Position numbers and translations under genes: made by a program. A model generated the notes under the pieces. That model was given only the letters and a program-made list of their open reading frames with translations, had not been told where the DNA came from and did no database searches. Positions 1 to 13,124 of a DNA stretch of 64,000 nt are shown here, one piece after another. Source of the stretch: Octopus vulgaris (lineage: Eukaryota); NCBI GenBank assembly GCA_951406725.2, contig OX597831.1, forward strand, positions 65,968,001-66,032,000, read 5' to 3'. The stretch's first letter is position 1, and each line of letters starts with the position of its first letter.

Positions 1-100
1 GCAATACAGGGCCTACATGTGGTCAAAGGTGATACAATCATTGAACTCTTTACATTCTGAAATCCTTTTAATATCCATGATTCTATATAGAGGTGTCTCT

Positions 101-402
101 TATTCCTTCTCGAGCCATGCCTGGCTCATAAGGACCAGTTTCCCGGTTTCTTTGGCATATAGGTTCCCCACCTGGACTAGACGCCAGTCCGTCGCAGGTG
201 AGCTGCAAGATGCAGGAGGAAAGAGTGAGAGAAAGTTGTGGCGAAAGAGTCAGCAGAAGTTTCGCCATTACCTTCTGCAGGAGCCGCATGGAGCTTAGGT
301 GTTTCACTCATAAACACACACACATCGCCCAGTCCGAGATTCGAACCCGCGATCCCTCGACCACGAGTCCGCTGCTCTAACCACTAGGTCATGTGCCTCC
401 AC
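101..402 (-). mobile_element. tRNA-derived SINE, family B, full length
   Basis: Minus-strand head GTGGAGGCACATGACCTAGTGGTTAGAGC...GGTTCGAATC (A/B boxes); 12-bp TSD AGAGGTGTCTCT at 89-100 and 403-414; copies at 43579, 59575, 63850. Confidence 0.9.
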
Positions 403-709
403 AGAGGTGTCTCTGTCACATATAAAGTTGATAAGACCAGTTTATCTAAGTTGAATTAGATTTTATTAAACTACAGTTAGTAAAAATATTTATTAAACTA
501 CAATTAGTAAAAATATTTTTACTTAGATGTTTCCACTCTCATACGTTGTCTGCTTGATTGTTTTTCTCAGTCTTTTATTTTTTTAAAACTATTGTTGTAT
601 TTAGGAATGGTCATTTTGCCAGTTTAGCCAATAAAAACACACACACTATATATTTGGTGTTACTTTGCTTCAGCGTTATTTTTTTTTACATTAACCTTAA
701 TCTTATTTC

Positions 710-754
710 GGCCAGAGTTCTTTCGTCACACTCCAGTGACCACATCAGTGGTCC
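710..754 (-). ncRNA. degenerate minimal hammerhead ribozyme motif
   Basis: Minus: ggacca CTGATGT g GTCAC tggagt GTGAC GAAA G aa C TC tggcc; 5-bp stem II, but A9 is replaced. Confidence 0.45.
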
Positions 755-1009
755 TTTGCTTTCTTCTTTCTTATTTGTGTGTCTCTCCTTACTAACCATC
801 AGCCATTTTGTATTTCTATTGTATGTGTCTTCATTTGCATATGCGCATATCTCTATGTGCATCTATGTGCATCTATGTTTAGTTGTGTATATGTGTGTGT
901 GTGTGGGGGGGGATGCCTGTAATATTTGTATCTCCTGTTTATATACATTCGTGTAATTTGTTTTTGTTTTTGTTTATTCTTATTTTGTTCACGTGTTTAC
1001 ACCCACTTA

Positions 1010-1011
<2 letters not shown>

Positions 1012-1067
<56 letters not shown>

Positions 1068-1120
1068 CATCATTATCATTATTATTATTATTATGTATGT
1101 ATGTATGTATAACAATAATA

Positions 1121-1170
<50 letters not shown>
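1012..1170. repeat. (ATT)n followed by (AAT)n microsatellites (mutually complementary)
   Basis: Read directly from the sequence. Confidence 0.95.
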
Positions 1171-1177
<7 letters not shown>

Positions 1178-1586
1178 CTAAGAAAAATAAAAAAAAAACT
1201 ATTTTCATTGTGTGCATTCATTACAAATCTTGCAATGTAATGCATATCCTTCAGTTCATGAGAAACAATAGGAAATGATCTTTGAATTAAAAGTCAGTAA
1301 ACTCACATTAGTAAATATTCTAGCAACTCTCTTCATAACGAGTTTCACATTTATTACCTATGCCACTTAATTGTTAGAAATAACTGATATCAGTAGGCTA
1401 CCAATGCCACTCATTCTACAGACGTGACTGCTTTTGTTGGCTGCATTCTTGGACACCAATAGAAGTTTTTTCGCTTTCTCCTTGACAATGCATTTTATCA
1501 TCTGTAGTGTTCCGAAATGCATCTGTGTGCGGAATGATAAGTTGTGGGATAATAAGCAGCATCCGTTTAATTTTAAGCAGTTATTT

Positions 1587-1689
1587 CTACTCTGTATATT
1601 CAACGGCCAATTTATATTCATAACATACATCTCTGTCATACCTACAGAAATTGTTCATGAAGACCCGCTGATAGATGCTGTTGTTATAT
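1587..1689 (-). CDS. candidate terminal coding exon, unknown protein (YNNSIYQRVFMNNFCRYDRDVCYEYKLAVEYTE*)
   Basis: Acceptor ttcattgtag at 1690/1691, phase-2 open frame of 33 codons to TAG, unique non-repeat sequence; no homology recognised. Confidence 0.3.
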
Positions 1690-1989
1690 CTACAATGAAC
1701 ATTGTCAGAAACAAAATATAAACTCTAGAAATATATTCTAAAGTATTGTGTACAATGCACAAACAATAACAATTCTGATTCATTGTTGAGTCCTTACCTA
1801 TAATTAAGCACACCCATGCACTTAATAGATAATTATATCATTTCAATGAAATCATGTATTTAACAAATACTCTATCCTTCTATCAACATTATGGTACCTT
1901 CTTAATATCATTCTAGTTTTATACACATGCATGCATTCCCTTTGCTAAATCATTGCTATATGCTCAAAAATATATAATCTTATATAGCA

Positions 1990-2518
1990 ATCAAAATCAA
2001 AATCATTTCGATGACTGGCATCCGTGCTAGCGGGGTGCAATGAGCCCCATACGAGTGTGATTGTTGACAGAGTGGCTATTCAAGTATGATCGTTACCAGC
2101 GTCGCCTTACTGGCACTTATGCCTGTGCTAGTTGGGTGCCAAGAGCACCATCTGAGCATGATCGTTGCCAGAGCAGCCAACTGGCTTCCATACCCATGGC
2201 ACGTAAAAGGGCACCATTCGAGCATGACCATTACCAACGTTGCTTCACTGGCACCTGTTCCGGTGGCACGCGTAAAAAGATTCGAGCGAGATCATTGCCA
2301 GTACCGCCTGACTGGCCCCCATGCCGGTAGCACGTAAAAAGCACCCACTACACTCTCGGAGTGGTTGGCGTTAGGAAAGGCATCCAGCTGTAGAAACTCT
2401 GCCAGATCAAGACTGGAGCTTGGTGCAGCCATCTGGTTTGCCAGCCCTCAGTCAAAATCGTCCAACCCATGCCAGCATGGAAAGCTGACGTTAAACAATG
2501 ATGATGATGATGATGATG
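1990..2518 (+). mobile_element. RTE-type LINE 3' end (family C), 5'-truncated
   Basis: Internal GGCACGTAAAAAGCACC units, conserved GGAAGGGCATCCAGCTGTAGAAAC...CCAACCCATGC(T/C)AGCATGGAAA end, (GAT)n tail. Confidence 0.85.
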
Positions 2519-3679
2519 GCACTACACAAAGTTTGGAATAAATAGCCTCATGTAGCCACTTGATCACCAGAAATAACACATAAATTCCATCTTAAAAAGA
2601 GTATGACAATGTAATCCTAGTGATAAAAAAAAGACAGGTTGGTCACAGCTGGAATGCCTTTTAACATACATCTGTTTCATTGGGACTGACATGAAGGTAA
2701 ACAATAACAAATCTTTATTCACCAACACTCTTCAATCATTTAGCTGTCACTCAGCTGTGTCCTCACTTTATGTCTTGTACCTTAACTTACAATCTCCCCA
2801 CCTCTGTTTCTCTGAACTTGTTGGTCATATACCAACTCTACCTAAACAGACTTGTCTTACTTGACATTCTTCACTGTATATCATTCTCCAGATTCGATTT
2901 TGTGTATTTGGCTTAATCGTCAGAACAGCCCCCTTTTTTACTTACTTTCCATCTATGTTTTCTTTTCAAATGAATAACCTTCAACAGTTTAAACTTAATA
3001 TTGATTATATTAACCATTACTACCCAATTTTACCTATTTCCACTTCATTTTGAATCATAAATTTAAGGGCTCTTTAAGAAAGGCCTGATAGTTTCTAGAT
3101 TATTTCAAAGGGGTCAAAGGTGGGTAGATTCTGTCTCCTTAAGCTCAATGGATTAAATTATTTTCTGAGAAATCTTTGTAAGGCATTTTGCAAATCCATA
3201 ATAGTTTTAATAAATTTGGTAAAAAGTACATATTTCAATTCTGGAAAATATTTTGTTTTGGCAACTAAATCTCATTAATTTCAATAATCATGTGAATAGA
3301 AAGTGTTATTGCCATTATTTCTTTAGTATGAAAGCCACACATGTGTGCAGAGCTTTGATTCCGCCTCTTAGGGAAATCTTCATTCATGCTAAGTCTACCC
3401 CCAGACAAGATATGTGTAATCACTCAAAAGGTTTCATATTCAAATTGGAATGCTTTGTTTCAGATTTAATATAAGGCTGCAATACAAAACTTCACTTACC
3501 AAATCTATCTTTTAATCTTTTACTTGTTTCAATCATTAGACTGCAACCATGATGGGCACTAACTTGAAGAATTTTAGCTCAATGAATTGATCCTAGTACT
3601 CATTTTTTAAAAGCCCAGTACTTATTATATCACTTTTTGTTTGTTTTCTTTCCTCTTGAATATATAAACTTCTGAGAGA

Positions 3680-4322
3680 TGTGTGAAGAAGTGCCACTCC
3701 CAAACTGAAGGAATCCAGGGTAGAGGTAGACCCAGGAAGACATGGGATGGGGTGGTCAAGCACGACCTTTGAACATTGGGCCTCACAGAGGCAATGACGA
3801 AAGACCGAGACCTCTGGAGATATGCTGTGACTGCGAAGACCCGACAAATGTAGTGAGTTCATGGCTCGCAGGATGGCCTGCTGTGCTAACCTTGGATCGT
3901 AGGGTGACCTGCTGTGCTTGAGGAAACCTATTGAGTCAAGTACATGATCAAAATAAAAATCAAATGGAAATTGTAGTTGTGATACCTGTACCGGTGGCAT
4001 GTAAAAAGCACCATCTGAACGTGGCTGATGCCAGCGCCGCCTTGACTGGCATTCATGCCGGTGACACGTAAAAAGCACCAACTGATCATGGCCATTTCCA
4101 GCCTCCTCTGGCCCTTGTGCCAGTGGCATGCAAAAAGCACCCACTACACTCACGAAGTGATTGGCATTAAGAAGGGCATCCAGCTGTAGAAACATTGCCA
4201 GATCAGATTGGAGCCTGGTGCAGCATCCTGGCATCCCAGACCCCAGTCAAACCGTCCAACCCATGCTAGCATGGAAAACGGACGTTAAACGATGATGATG
4301 ATCATCATCATAATCATCATCA
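3680..4322 (+). mobile_element. RTE LINE 3' fragment including ORF C-terminus and 3' UTR
   Basis: Translates EGIQGRGRPRKTWDGVVKHDL*TLGLTEAMTKDRDLWRYAV (RTE C-terminal motif), followed by the family C 3' UTR and (GAT)n. Confidence 0.9.
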
Positions 4323-4639
4323 TATTAATGTTATATCAATTTTTACACAGAACCTACTGTCATTTTGAACACCAGATACAGTACCCTACTGTTCATCAGA
4401 AAATGTCATTTTCTAGTAACAAAGCAAATAGCCATAAAGTCAACCTTTTACTTGTTTGTTTATCTTGTCTGTGCATGAGATTGTCATTCTCTTGAATTAT
4501 GTAAATGTAACCTGTTCAAAATCCCTCTCTCTCTCCCCCTCTGTCTGTCTCTCTCTCTCTCACTCTAACATTTACTCATCCATTTGTCAAGAGACAATGA
4601 AGCTTTGTGCTACTAATCAGGCAGGATTTGAGCTGAAGC

Positions 4640-5110
4640 ACCTTTATTGATGAATAGCCCAATTCTGGAGCAGCATACCTTGTGCCTGCTTTTTTCAGGT
4701 TGTATTTAGCCTTTAATGTGTTGGTATTAGTTTCTGTTGTCAACATTCCTTTTTCCAACTCTTCAGTTCTCTTTTGATAAATGTTCATCATGTTTGTATT
4801 CACGACAGGTTTCCACTTGTCTCAGTTTGCTGCCAAGGCTTTTCAGCTTGCTAGGTAGATGTCACTGGCCTTCATGTCACATTTGCAGACATCCTTGCAA
4901 TGTATAAACGGTTTTCCAGCAGGTTTAGTTCCAGTTACTAGCTCTCCATACAAGATGTCTTTGGGACTATTTTCCCATTAAGTCGACACTAGCCTGAATG
5001 GTTTTCAATTGTTTTGCTTCAGGCAAATCATTTGCATCAGATAGTGGGACAGCATCCCAAACAACGATGTCCTGAAACAAGTAGGAATTCTTAGCCTATT
5101 TACTATACTC
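4640..5110 (-). mobile_element. RTE (BovB-like) LINE 3' fragment with inverted 5' segment
   Basis: Minus about 4800-4975: PKDILYGELVTGTKPAGKPFIHCKDVCKCDMK...DKWK; plus about 4994-5110: LNGFQLFCFRQIICIR*WDSIPNNDVLKQVGILSLFTIL. Confidence 0.8.
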
Positions 5111-5589
5111 TTCAAAATAGAAAGCTAGCTATTATTAGTCAAGGTTAGGCTAGTGGGGTTTGCTTTGTCCAATGGCAAAATTTAACAGCTCCTTATTATT
5201 AATGCACAGTTAGCATGAAAGACTGTATCACCCATGAGTAACCTTGGTGATGATTTCTGTCATGGACAGTGTCCATTGTTAAATTTGAAAACAAGAAATT
5301 ATATTCAGTAATGTCATTATGTTCTGAAGTGTTTTAGATTTAATGGTAATAAGGAATATTTCAGTTATGTTTTTGTTTTTAGAAATAATTAGAAAAACTT
5401 TATTGTTACTTTTACTTTATATTTTTCAAACCTAATGACCAGTGTCTTAAGTTTTAGTGGGTGGGTGACCCAATGGCTATATTATGCTTATATCTATCAA
5501 TTTATCTACTTGTTAGTTATTATAGTAGTTATTTGGGAGGAATTAACAGAATTGATAAGGCACAATGCTTTGGATATTGGCCTTTTTAC

Positions 5590-6138
5590 ACATGGACACT
5601 AAACTCTGCTTGTGAAGACCTGTTGGGGCAAGTGAAATCAGAATCGAAATTGAACCAATCCTATGACTGGCACCCATCAGTTGCCAGTGCCGCTGGACTG
5701 ACTCCTGTGCAGGTGGCAAGTAAAGAAACACCGTTTCGACCCTGTGCTTGAGGAGACCTATTGAGTCAAGTACATCAACATCAAAAATCAATGGAAATTG
5801 TAGTTGTGATCCCTGTGCCGGTGGTACGTAAAAAGTACCATCCAAACGTGACTGATGCCAGCGCCGCCTTGACTGGCTTCCATGCCGGTGGCACGTAAAA
5901 GTCACCAACCGATCATGGCCATTGCTGGCCTCGCCTGGCACCTGTGCCAGTGGCACGTAAAAAGCACCCACTACACTGACGGAGTGGTTGGCATTAGGAA
6001 GGGCATCCAGCTGTAGAAACACTGCCAGATCAGACTGGAGCCTGGTGCAGCCTTCTGGCTTCCCAGATCCTGGTCGAACTGTCCAACCCTTGCTAGCATG
6101 GAAAACAGACATTAAACACTGCTGATGATGATGATGAT
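5590..6138 (+). mobile_element. RTE LINE 3' UTR fragment (family C)
   Basis: Same units and 3' terminus as 3680-4322; (GAT)n tail. Confidence 0.85.
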
Positions 6139-7256
6139 TATATGTAGCATTGCAGGTATTAGTTTTTGTTTCATAACCACTGCAATTCAACTAGTAATTC
6201 TTAAACTGGATGGCAGTAACCCCTTGGGGACATTTTGAGCCCACGAAAGGTTGGTAGTCATCAAGAAGTGCTATCAAGGTCATAATTTATTCTGAGAAAT
6301 AAAATATTTAAATTAGATACATTATATTTTAAACTAATTTTCTTTGTCAGGATTAAAATGTGAGAAGAGCATTGTCTGTAAATGTGTGATACAACTGACA
6401 TTCCTGTCATTACAAGGGAGTGAAGTTGTTAATATTTGCTTTCTCTTACCTGGTTGAGAAATGGTTCAGCATTACTACTGGACATCTCTTAGGTAAACAG
6501 TGAAGTATATTACAAATATAGAAAAGGGTTCTGTTAGTCAAATATCAAATCTGATATTTTAAAATTAGCAAAGTCTCTTTAAGCACATTACAGCTGATAT
6601 TTTACATTAGCTACCCATTACTTTTGAAACATAATGATTTGTTGAATATCTTGAATTGTTTTACATTTGTTTTTATCCTGTCTTAAAGGTAAACAACTAT
6701 TGACGCATATGTTTGGGTCATTAACACCAGTAATAAAACTAATAATATTTTAATTAAAATTTTAATTGTGCTGAATGTTGCTCTTTGCTTTAAATTTTTT
6801 TTATTTATGCTTAATGTAAATCTAAACATAATTTCATTATATAAATCCTTGCCTCCTTTAGTAATTTCCATAAAAAATTAGCATAAGGCATCTATTCAAT
6901 GCAGATGCAAGATGGGATAGGCTAAGAGAATGTGGATAATAAACCACTCTGTAAAATTAGGTTGTTTGATTATATTAATTGCATTTTTTTTTCTTTTGTG
7001 TAAAGCATGTGTTGAGGGCATTTATAAAATGCCATTTGGTGAAAAGGTGTTGGCAAAACACAATTTGGTAAGCTACAAAGGTTTGAGAACCACTAATTCA
7101 AACTGCCAGGAGTAAGTAGTAGATCATATGGAAATGTTATCTACTAAAAATCTTCTCTGAAATATGACTATTGTCCTTTCCTGGGGGAGATTTATCTTTT
7201 GTCCACTTCACTTTCTGAAACCAGTCAAGAATGACCATTAGTCCTTAAGGGTTTAA

Positions 7257-7462
7257 CCCTTTAGTGTTCAGATTATTCTATCAAACATAATGCTTATTGA
7301 TTCACATTGATTTGAATTAATCATGCATTATCTCATATCTTCAAGATCTACTTAATGTAGAATAACATTGTAGGGTAGGTGTGAGAGCCTGGATCTGGTC
7401 AGTTTGAACATAAAACAGATTAAATATTTTGGCCGGATATGGCCGGTTTAAATACTAAAGGG
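7257..7462. mobile_element. piggyBac-type MITE
   Basis: TTAA|CCCTTTAGT...ACTAAAGGG|TTAA; near-identical copy at 16411-16629. Confidence 0.85.
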
Positions 7463-7769
7463 TTAAGAGACATTTACATGTGTTATTTGACTAAAACTCT
7501 CATTGATTGTATGTAGTTGTGCTGTTGCTGTTAACTCCAGGTCAACTTTGATTGAGCAGACTTGTGATCAAAGACATTTCAATCATAGTCATATTGTCTT
7601 TTTTAGAGTTTTTAGAGCACATTGGCCTATGACACCTTCTTAAAAATTGTGTGACATCATCTGAGGAAATTTGGTGGCTGCAAAGGCTCGATGATGCAGT
7701 TAAATATAGTTTGGAAAAGAGTTAGCTTTTAGACAATCAAAACCAGTATGTTCTTCATAATCATTTCAG

Positions 7770-8200
7770 AGTCTTCTTATCCATGCTAGTCTGGAATGGA
7801 TGAGTCTGTCATACAGCAACACTAGACACATCAACCTATATTTCTGACGACTAGACAGTTTTTCCATCCTTTTACTCTCAGAAATTTTGGTAACTTAATG
7901 TTGCACATCCAATAATCTATTTTAGATCATTCCTCAGCAAGATTTTCTGTAGTCAACATCTGATGCCTGTATTTTGCTGCCATACAAGATTATACTTTCT
8001 ATACATACTTCATATTGTCTTCTTTTTGTGCAAAGCAAGATATTCTTTCTTACCAACATATGAAAAATATCTCTAAACCTTTTCACACCTCATTCACAGC
8101 CTAGCTAACATACTTTAACAAAAACAAATCTCCAGCATTAATTCAACCATTTAGCTCAACAATCTAGCTAGTTGTTCTGACAAGCGATCCAAGCAGTTTG
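7770..8200 (-). mobile_element. highly decayed RTE LINE RT C-terminal fragment
   Basis: Minus: FREIFHMLVRKNILLCTKRRQYEVCIESIILYGSK, same region as the fragment at 53500. Confidence 0.55.
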
Positions 8201-8486
8201 TTTGTCTTTAGTTTATGCTGCAGCTGTTGCTAGCTACTCCACTGCATTCAGTGTTACTAATGTTCTGATTTCTTGTTCGTCTGCCACTACCTTTTTTATT
8301 TTTTCTATACTTTTGTTTACATTGTATTGAGTTCCTACAGAGACTATATTTTCCACATGCTACTACACTAGGTGTTCTATGCTGCATTACTTGTTACACT
8401 GACTCCAATCAGCTTTGCCAATTGTTGAACTGTTCTCACACTTTAAAAGTTCACAGGGCTTTTCGAACATCTGGGTGATAGCTTAA

Positions 8487-8707
8487 CCCTTTCGATACCA
8501 ACCTGCCTGAAACTGCCTCTGACTCTGTAGTACAAATGTCTTGTTTTCAAAAGTTCTGAATTAAAATCTACCACCAAACCTTAGTCACAATTTGTGTTCC
8601 TAATACTAGCTTAATGATAACTAAGTTATTTTACTAAATTCATTGTTATATTTAAAATAATTGAAAGAACTACAGAGCACCTCAAAATAAATACGGTAAC
8701 GAAAGGA
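8487..8707. mobile_element. piggyBac-type MITE (second family)
   Basis: TTAA|CCCTTTCGATACC...GGTAACGAAAGGA|TTAA. Confidence 0.75.
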
Positions 8708-8949
8708 TTAAAAGACAAAGACAAACAGAAAAAAACTGAGGTGAAAGCTCTGATAGATCTATCTATAAGTAAAATTTCTCATAAGTGGCCTGATTCCCTT
8801 ATCATCCACCAATTTAGAAAACGTACTAATTTTTCAGGAGTTAGCACTAGACTGATAAATACAAAGCTGAGTTTTTTTGTTTTTTTTTCATTGACTATTT
8901 AAGTTCCATATCCAAATACAAACCAAATAATACTTGAATTCACATATCA

Positions 8950-9960
8950 GTCGGGCTCACATAAATTAGGTTCACATTTTCACTTGATTCATAGAGGGTT
9001 ACTTGGCTGGATAAGTTTAATGTTGCAGGATTGTAAACTAATGTTTCTTCAGTGAAGACCATAGATTCTACATAAACCAGCATAACTATATTATAGGCAG
9101 TAGAATTCTTTGATATATTCAGCATTGAGATATTCCAAATGTGATCATCATAAAAGTGATTCTTCTTGTTGTATAGGAGAGCTTCGTATATGTAAGTTGT
9201 AAAACTTTGATAAAATAAAAGAATCCAAGCAGCTAGAAGACAAAACTCACTTTGGGGTGTTTGAAATCTACAAGAATGGTAAAGAAGTGTATAAGTCACA
9301 TTTTTAATTCTTTATTGCCTACAAGGGGCTAAACATAGAGGGGACAAACAAGGACAGACAAAGGGACTAAGTCGATTACATCGACCCCAGTGCATAACTG
9401 GTACTTATTTAATCGACCCTGAAAAGATGAAAGGCAAAGTCGACCTTGGCGGAATTTGAACTCAGAATGTAACGACAGACGAAATACCTATTTCTTTATT
9501 ACCCACAAGGGGCTAAACATAGAGGGGACAAACAAGGACAGACATAGGTATTAAGTCGATTACATCGACCCCAGTGCGTAACTGGTACTTATTTAATCGA
9601 CCCCCGACGGAATTTGAACTCAGAATGTAATGACAGATGAAATACCGCTAAGCATTTCACCTGGCATGCTAACAATTCTGCCAGCTTGCATAAGTCACAT
9701 TACTGAATCCTGTACATATCTGAGTTGGTAGAATATGCATTAGAAGGCAGCCATCTTCATATAATCCAATAGTTTTGTTTTAGAGGAAACTCTCAGTCAA
9801 AAAAAGAAATGGGAAACAGGTGGAGTCCATAACTGAGATGAATTGCTCTGGGATTCTTACGTAAGATATGCTCGAAGGCTTATCTAATATCCAGGATAAC
9901 AACATTACTTTTGCTGGCATTCTCAATAATAAGTGGCCATTGGTATTTAATGTAATAAAA
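8950..9960 (-). pseudogene. decayed CR1/L2-like reverse transcriptase fragment, split by a SINE
   Basis: Minus: VVILDIR*AFEHILRK...LSYGLH...SFL...EDG...STNS resembles the RT motif LDxxKAFD...YG...SFL...GVPQGS. Confidence 0.5.
9303..9689 (-). mobile_element. tRNA-derived SINE family D (Nin/Deu-like core), internally duplicated
   Basis: GTCGACTTTGCCTTTCATC...GGGTCGAT core; tail present twice; 12-bp TSD ATAAGTCACATT at 9291-9302 and 9690-9701. Confidence 0.85.
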
Positions 9961-10151
9961 CTAGTTTTCTGTGAATAAAGTTCTACAGAAACCAGTGAGT
10001 CACAAAAGGAACTGAAGGGGATAAAATAAGGTGAGGGTCAATTCAAACTGATGTCTACAATTTTATGTTGATTAAGGAGTAAAGGAAACACATAATTTGT
10101 ACCATTGAAAAATCAAAGCTTGTACTTCTCTCTGATAGAATTCTCTGTTAT

Positions 10152-10514
10152 GGAAGCACTCCGTCGGTTACGACGACGAGGGTTCCGGTTGATCCGATCA
10201 ATGGAACAGCCTGCTCGTGAAATTAACGTGAAAGTGGCTGAGCACTCCACAGACACGTGTACCCTTAACGCAGTTCTCAGAGAGTGACAAGGCCGGCCCT
10301 TTGAAATACAGGTACAACAGAAACAGGAAGTAAGAGTGAGAGAAAGTTGTGGTGAAAGAGTACAGCAGGGATCACCACCATTCCCTGCCGGAGCCTCATG
10401 GAGCTTTAGGTGTTTTCGCTCAATAAACACTCACAACGCCCGGTCTGGGAATCGATACCGCAATCCTACGACCGCGAGTCCGCTGCCCTAACCACTGGGC
10501 CATTGCGCCTCCAC
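10152..10514 (-). mobile_element. tRNA-derived SINE, family-B-like head with a different tail
   Basis: Head GTGGAGGCGCAATGGCCCAGTGGTTAGGGC; 10-bp TSD TCTCTGTTAT at 10142-10151 and 10515-10524; CpG-rich, so probably young. Confidence 0.9.
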
Positions 10515-10667
10515 TCTCTGTTATATTACCTTTTATTTCACTGAAAGCAATTCTATAATTCTTGAGAAGCTGATTAGGCCAGAAGACTCAAGATCCTTTA
10601 ACGAAATGTCACTTTTTCAGATACTTGTTGTACAGAATGACCTTAGATAGTTGCACAATTTTCAGAT

Positions 10668-11070
10668 TACTCTTTTACTCTTTTACTTGTTTCAGTCATT
10701 TGACCGCGGCCATGCTGGAGCACCGCCTTTAGTTGAGCAAATCGATCCCGGGACTTATTCTTTGTAAGCCCAGTACTTATTCTATCGGTCTATTTTGCCG
10801 AACCGCTAAGTGACGGGGACGTAAACACACCAGCATCGCTTGTCAAGCAATGCTAGGGGGACAAACACAAACACACAAACACACACACACATATATATAT
10901 ATACATATATACGACGGGCTTCTTTCAGTTTTCATCTACCAAATCCACTCACAAGGCATTGGTCGGCCCTGGGCTATAGCAGAAGACACTTACCCAAGAT
11001 GCCACGCAGTGGGACTGAACCCGGAACCATGTGGTTGGTTAGCAAGCTACTTACCACACAGCCTCTCCTG
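10668..11070 (-). mobile_element. SINE family A (tRNA head, CORE-like box, internal TA/CA tract, GTAAAAGA tail)
   Basis: Multicopy consensus within the window. Confidence 0.9.
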
Positions 11071-12105
11071 TTGAGGTTACTACAGAAAAATAAACAACCA
11101 TTATTTCTTCTGCATTAGCATAGTTGACTCCTTCTCAGGTGAATCAAGAATAGCTACTTGAAGCACAGACGGGTGGAGATGCTGGGATATATTCTGAATA
11201 ATATAGAATAGCTAGGTTTCTACTCAAAATCTTCTTGCAATTTTCAGTGCATTCAGTGCATTATTTGAATTGAACCATTACTGCATTTCTATGTAATTTT
11301 AACAGCGTCACATGTGTGCACTCTGGGACTAAAATCGTACAATTTACATTGCTTACTAAGATGGTTCAGCTGTTGCAGATATTCATTTAAAGATGTACCT
11401 GTAAAGTATTGGTTTTTAATTTAGCATATATTTTGGTAGAATTTGTAAAGAATGATTATGACTGTTGTTGAAAGACAAAATTTCTTTAATCTGAAGTTAA
11501 TGAAAAAAATTAACAGTGTTTTTGTTGGAGGTCCATTATTTTTTCAGCTTCATATCACATTTAACTGGCAATGACAGTTGGTAATTAAATTGCAGTAGAA
11601 TTTGACAATAATTGTTGACAAACATTAAATAACTTAAGCTTTAATCACAAGGTTTTAATTGATAATTTTATAATACAAACAAAGCTAGTATGTTGGTTTC
11701 AGGAGGTGGAGGGAAACAAAAAGTGAAACAAAATTAAACAAGTAATCATAAATAGTTTGTTTGCAGGAAAATGCTACAAAGTAAAATGGTGTAACAGAAA
11801 ATCGCTTTCAACGTCTCCTGATTTCTCAGAATTTTAATTTTGAAATTCACTATTGTGTATCATCATTTCTCTTGCTTTAGCTATGTTTTACGGATTAATT
11901 GAATGGTATTTTCAAGACAGGACCTGAAAACTATAGATAGGAGTTTTGAGAGGTTACTGTTTCTTTGCTGTGAGACTATGGGTTTATGATTTTGCTTCAG
12001 TGTGGAATTCTTCAAACTGAAACTGTCTGTAAATTTTTTACAATTATTTCTTACCTGTCACAATATACATTTTCTCTGCCTCACCTACTGTTTAGTATAT
12101 ATATA

Positions 12106-12334
12106 TACTCTTTTACTCTTTTTACTTGTTTCAGTCATTTGACTGTGGCCATGCTGGAGCACTGCCTTTAGTCGAGCAAATCGACCCCATGACTTATTCT
12201 TTGTAAGCCTAGTACTTATTCTATCGGTCTCTTTTGCCAAACCGCTGAGTTACAGGGATGTAAACACACCAGCATCGGTTGCCATGCGATGTTGGGGAGG
12301 ACAAACACAGACACACAAACAAACACACACATAT

Positions 12335-12381
<47 letters not shown>

Positions 12382-12474
12382 ACAGGCTTCTTTCAGTTTC
12401 CGTCTACCAAATCCACTCACAAAGCTTTGGTCGGCCCGAGGCTATAGTAGAAGACGCTTGCCCAAGGTGCCACG
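12106..12474 (-). mobile_element. SINE family A, 5'-truncated
   Basis: Matches family A up to CCCAAGGTGCCACG. Confidence 0.9.
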
Positions 12475-12710
12475 TAAACAGGTTAATAGTTTCTTGATGA
12501 AGTTACTTGGAAAAGCCCCCACTTCATGCAATCTCACTATTAGTTATTTAGTGGACTGTTGTTTGAGCTATCAAGTAATGTCAAACGATATCAACTTATT
12601 GTCAAAATCTTAATTTTAGATTTACCTCTAATCATTCTTAAATAAAGCCGTTAGCATCAAAATTTCACATAAATTTTATGTGAAATGAAGTTCTGTATTA
12701 CTTATAGGTT

Positions 12711-13124
12711 ACTCTTTTACTCTTTTACTTGTTTCAGTCATTTGACTGCAGCCATGCTGGAGCACCGCCTTTAGTCGAGCAAATCGACCCCGGGACTTAT
12801 TCTTTGTAAGCCCAGTACTTATTCTATCGGTCTCTTTTGCTGAACCGCTATGTGACGGCGACGTAAACACACTAGCATTGGTTGTCAAGCAATGCTAGGG
12901 GGACAAACACAGACACACAAACATGCACACACACACACACATATATATATATACATATATACGACGGGCTTCTTTCAGTTTCTGTCTACCAAATCCACTC
13001 ACAAAGCTTTGGTCGGCCTGAGGCTATAGTAGAAGACACTTGCCCAAGGTGCCATGCAGTGGGACTGAACCCGGAACCATGTGGTTGGTAAGCAAGCTAC
13101 TTACCACACAGCCACTCCTGCGCC
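12711..13124 (-). mobile_element. SINE family A, full length
   Basis: TSD TATAGGTT at 12703-12710 and 13125-13132. Confidence 0.92.

Noticed and set aside
330-402. tRNA-like sequences here and at 10440, 27790, 35640, 43579, 63850
   Set aside because: SINE heads with A/B boxes but no acceptor stem; they continue into SINE bodies with TSDs
462-517. 28-bp tandem duplication
   Set aside because: Ordinary local slippage duplication
2040-2345. Repeat-spacer-like GGCACGTAAAAAGCACC units (CRISPR-like look)
   Set aside because: Degenerate internal minisatellite of a LINE 3' UTR in eukaryotic DNA; spacers are related to each other and there are no cas genes
3593-6190. 213- and 215-aa minus-strand ORFs resembling each other
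   Set aside because: Antisense read-through of the RTE 3' UTR repeat (family C)
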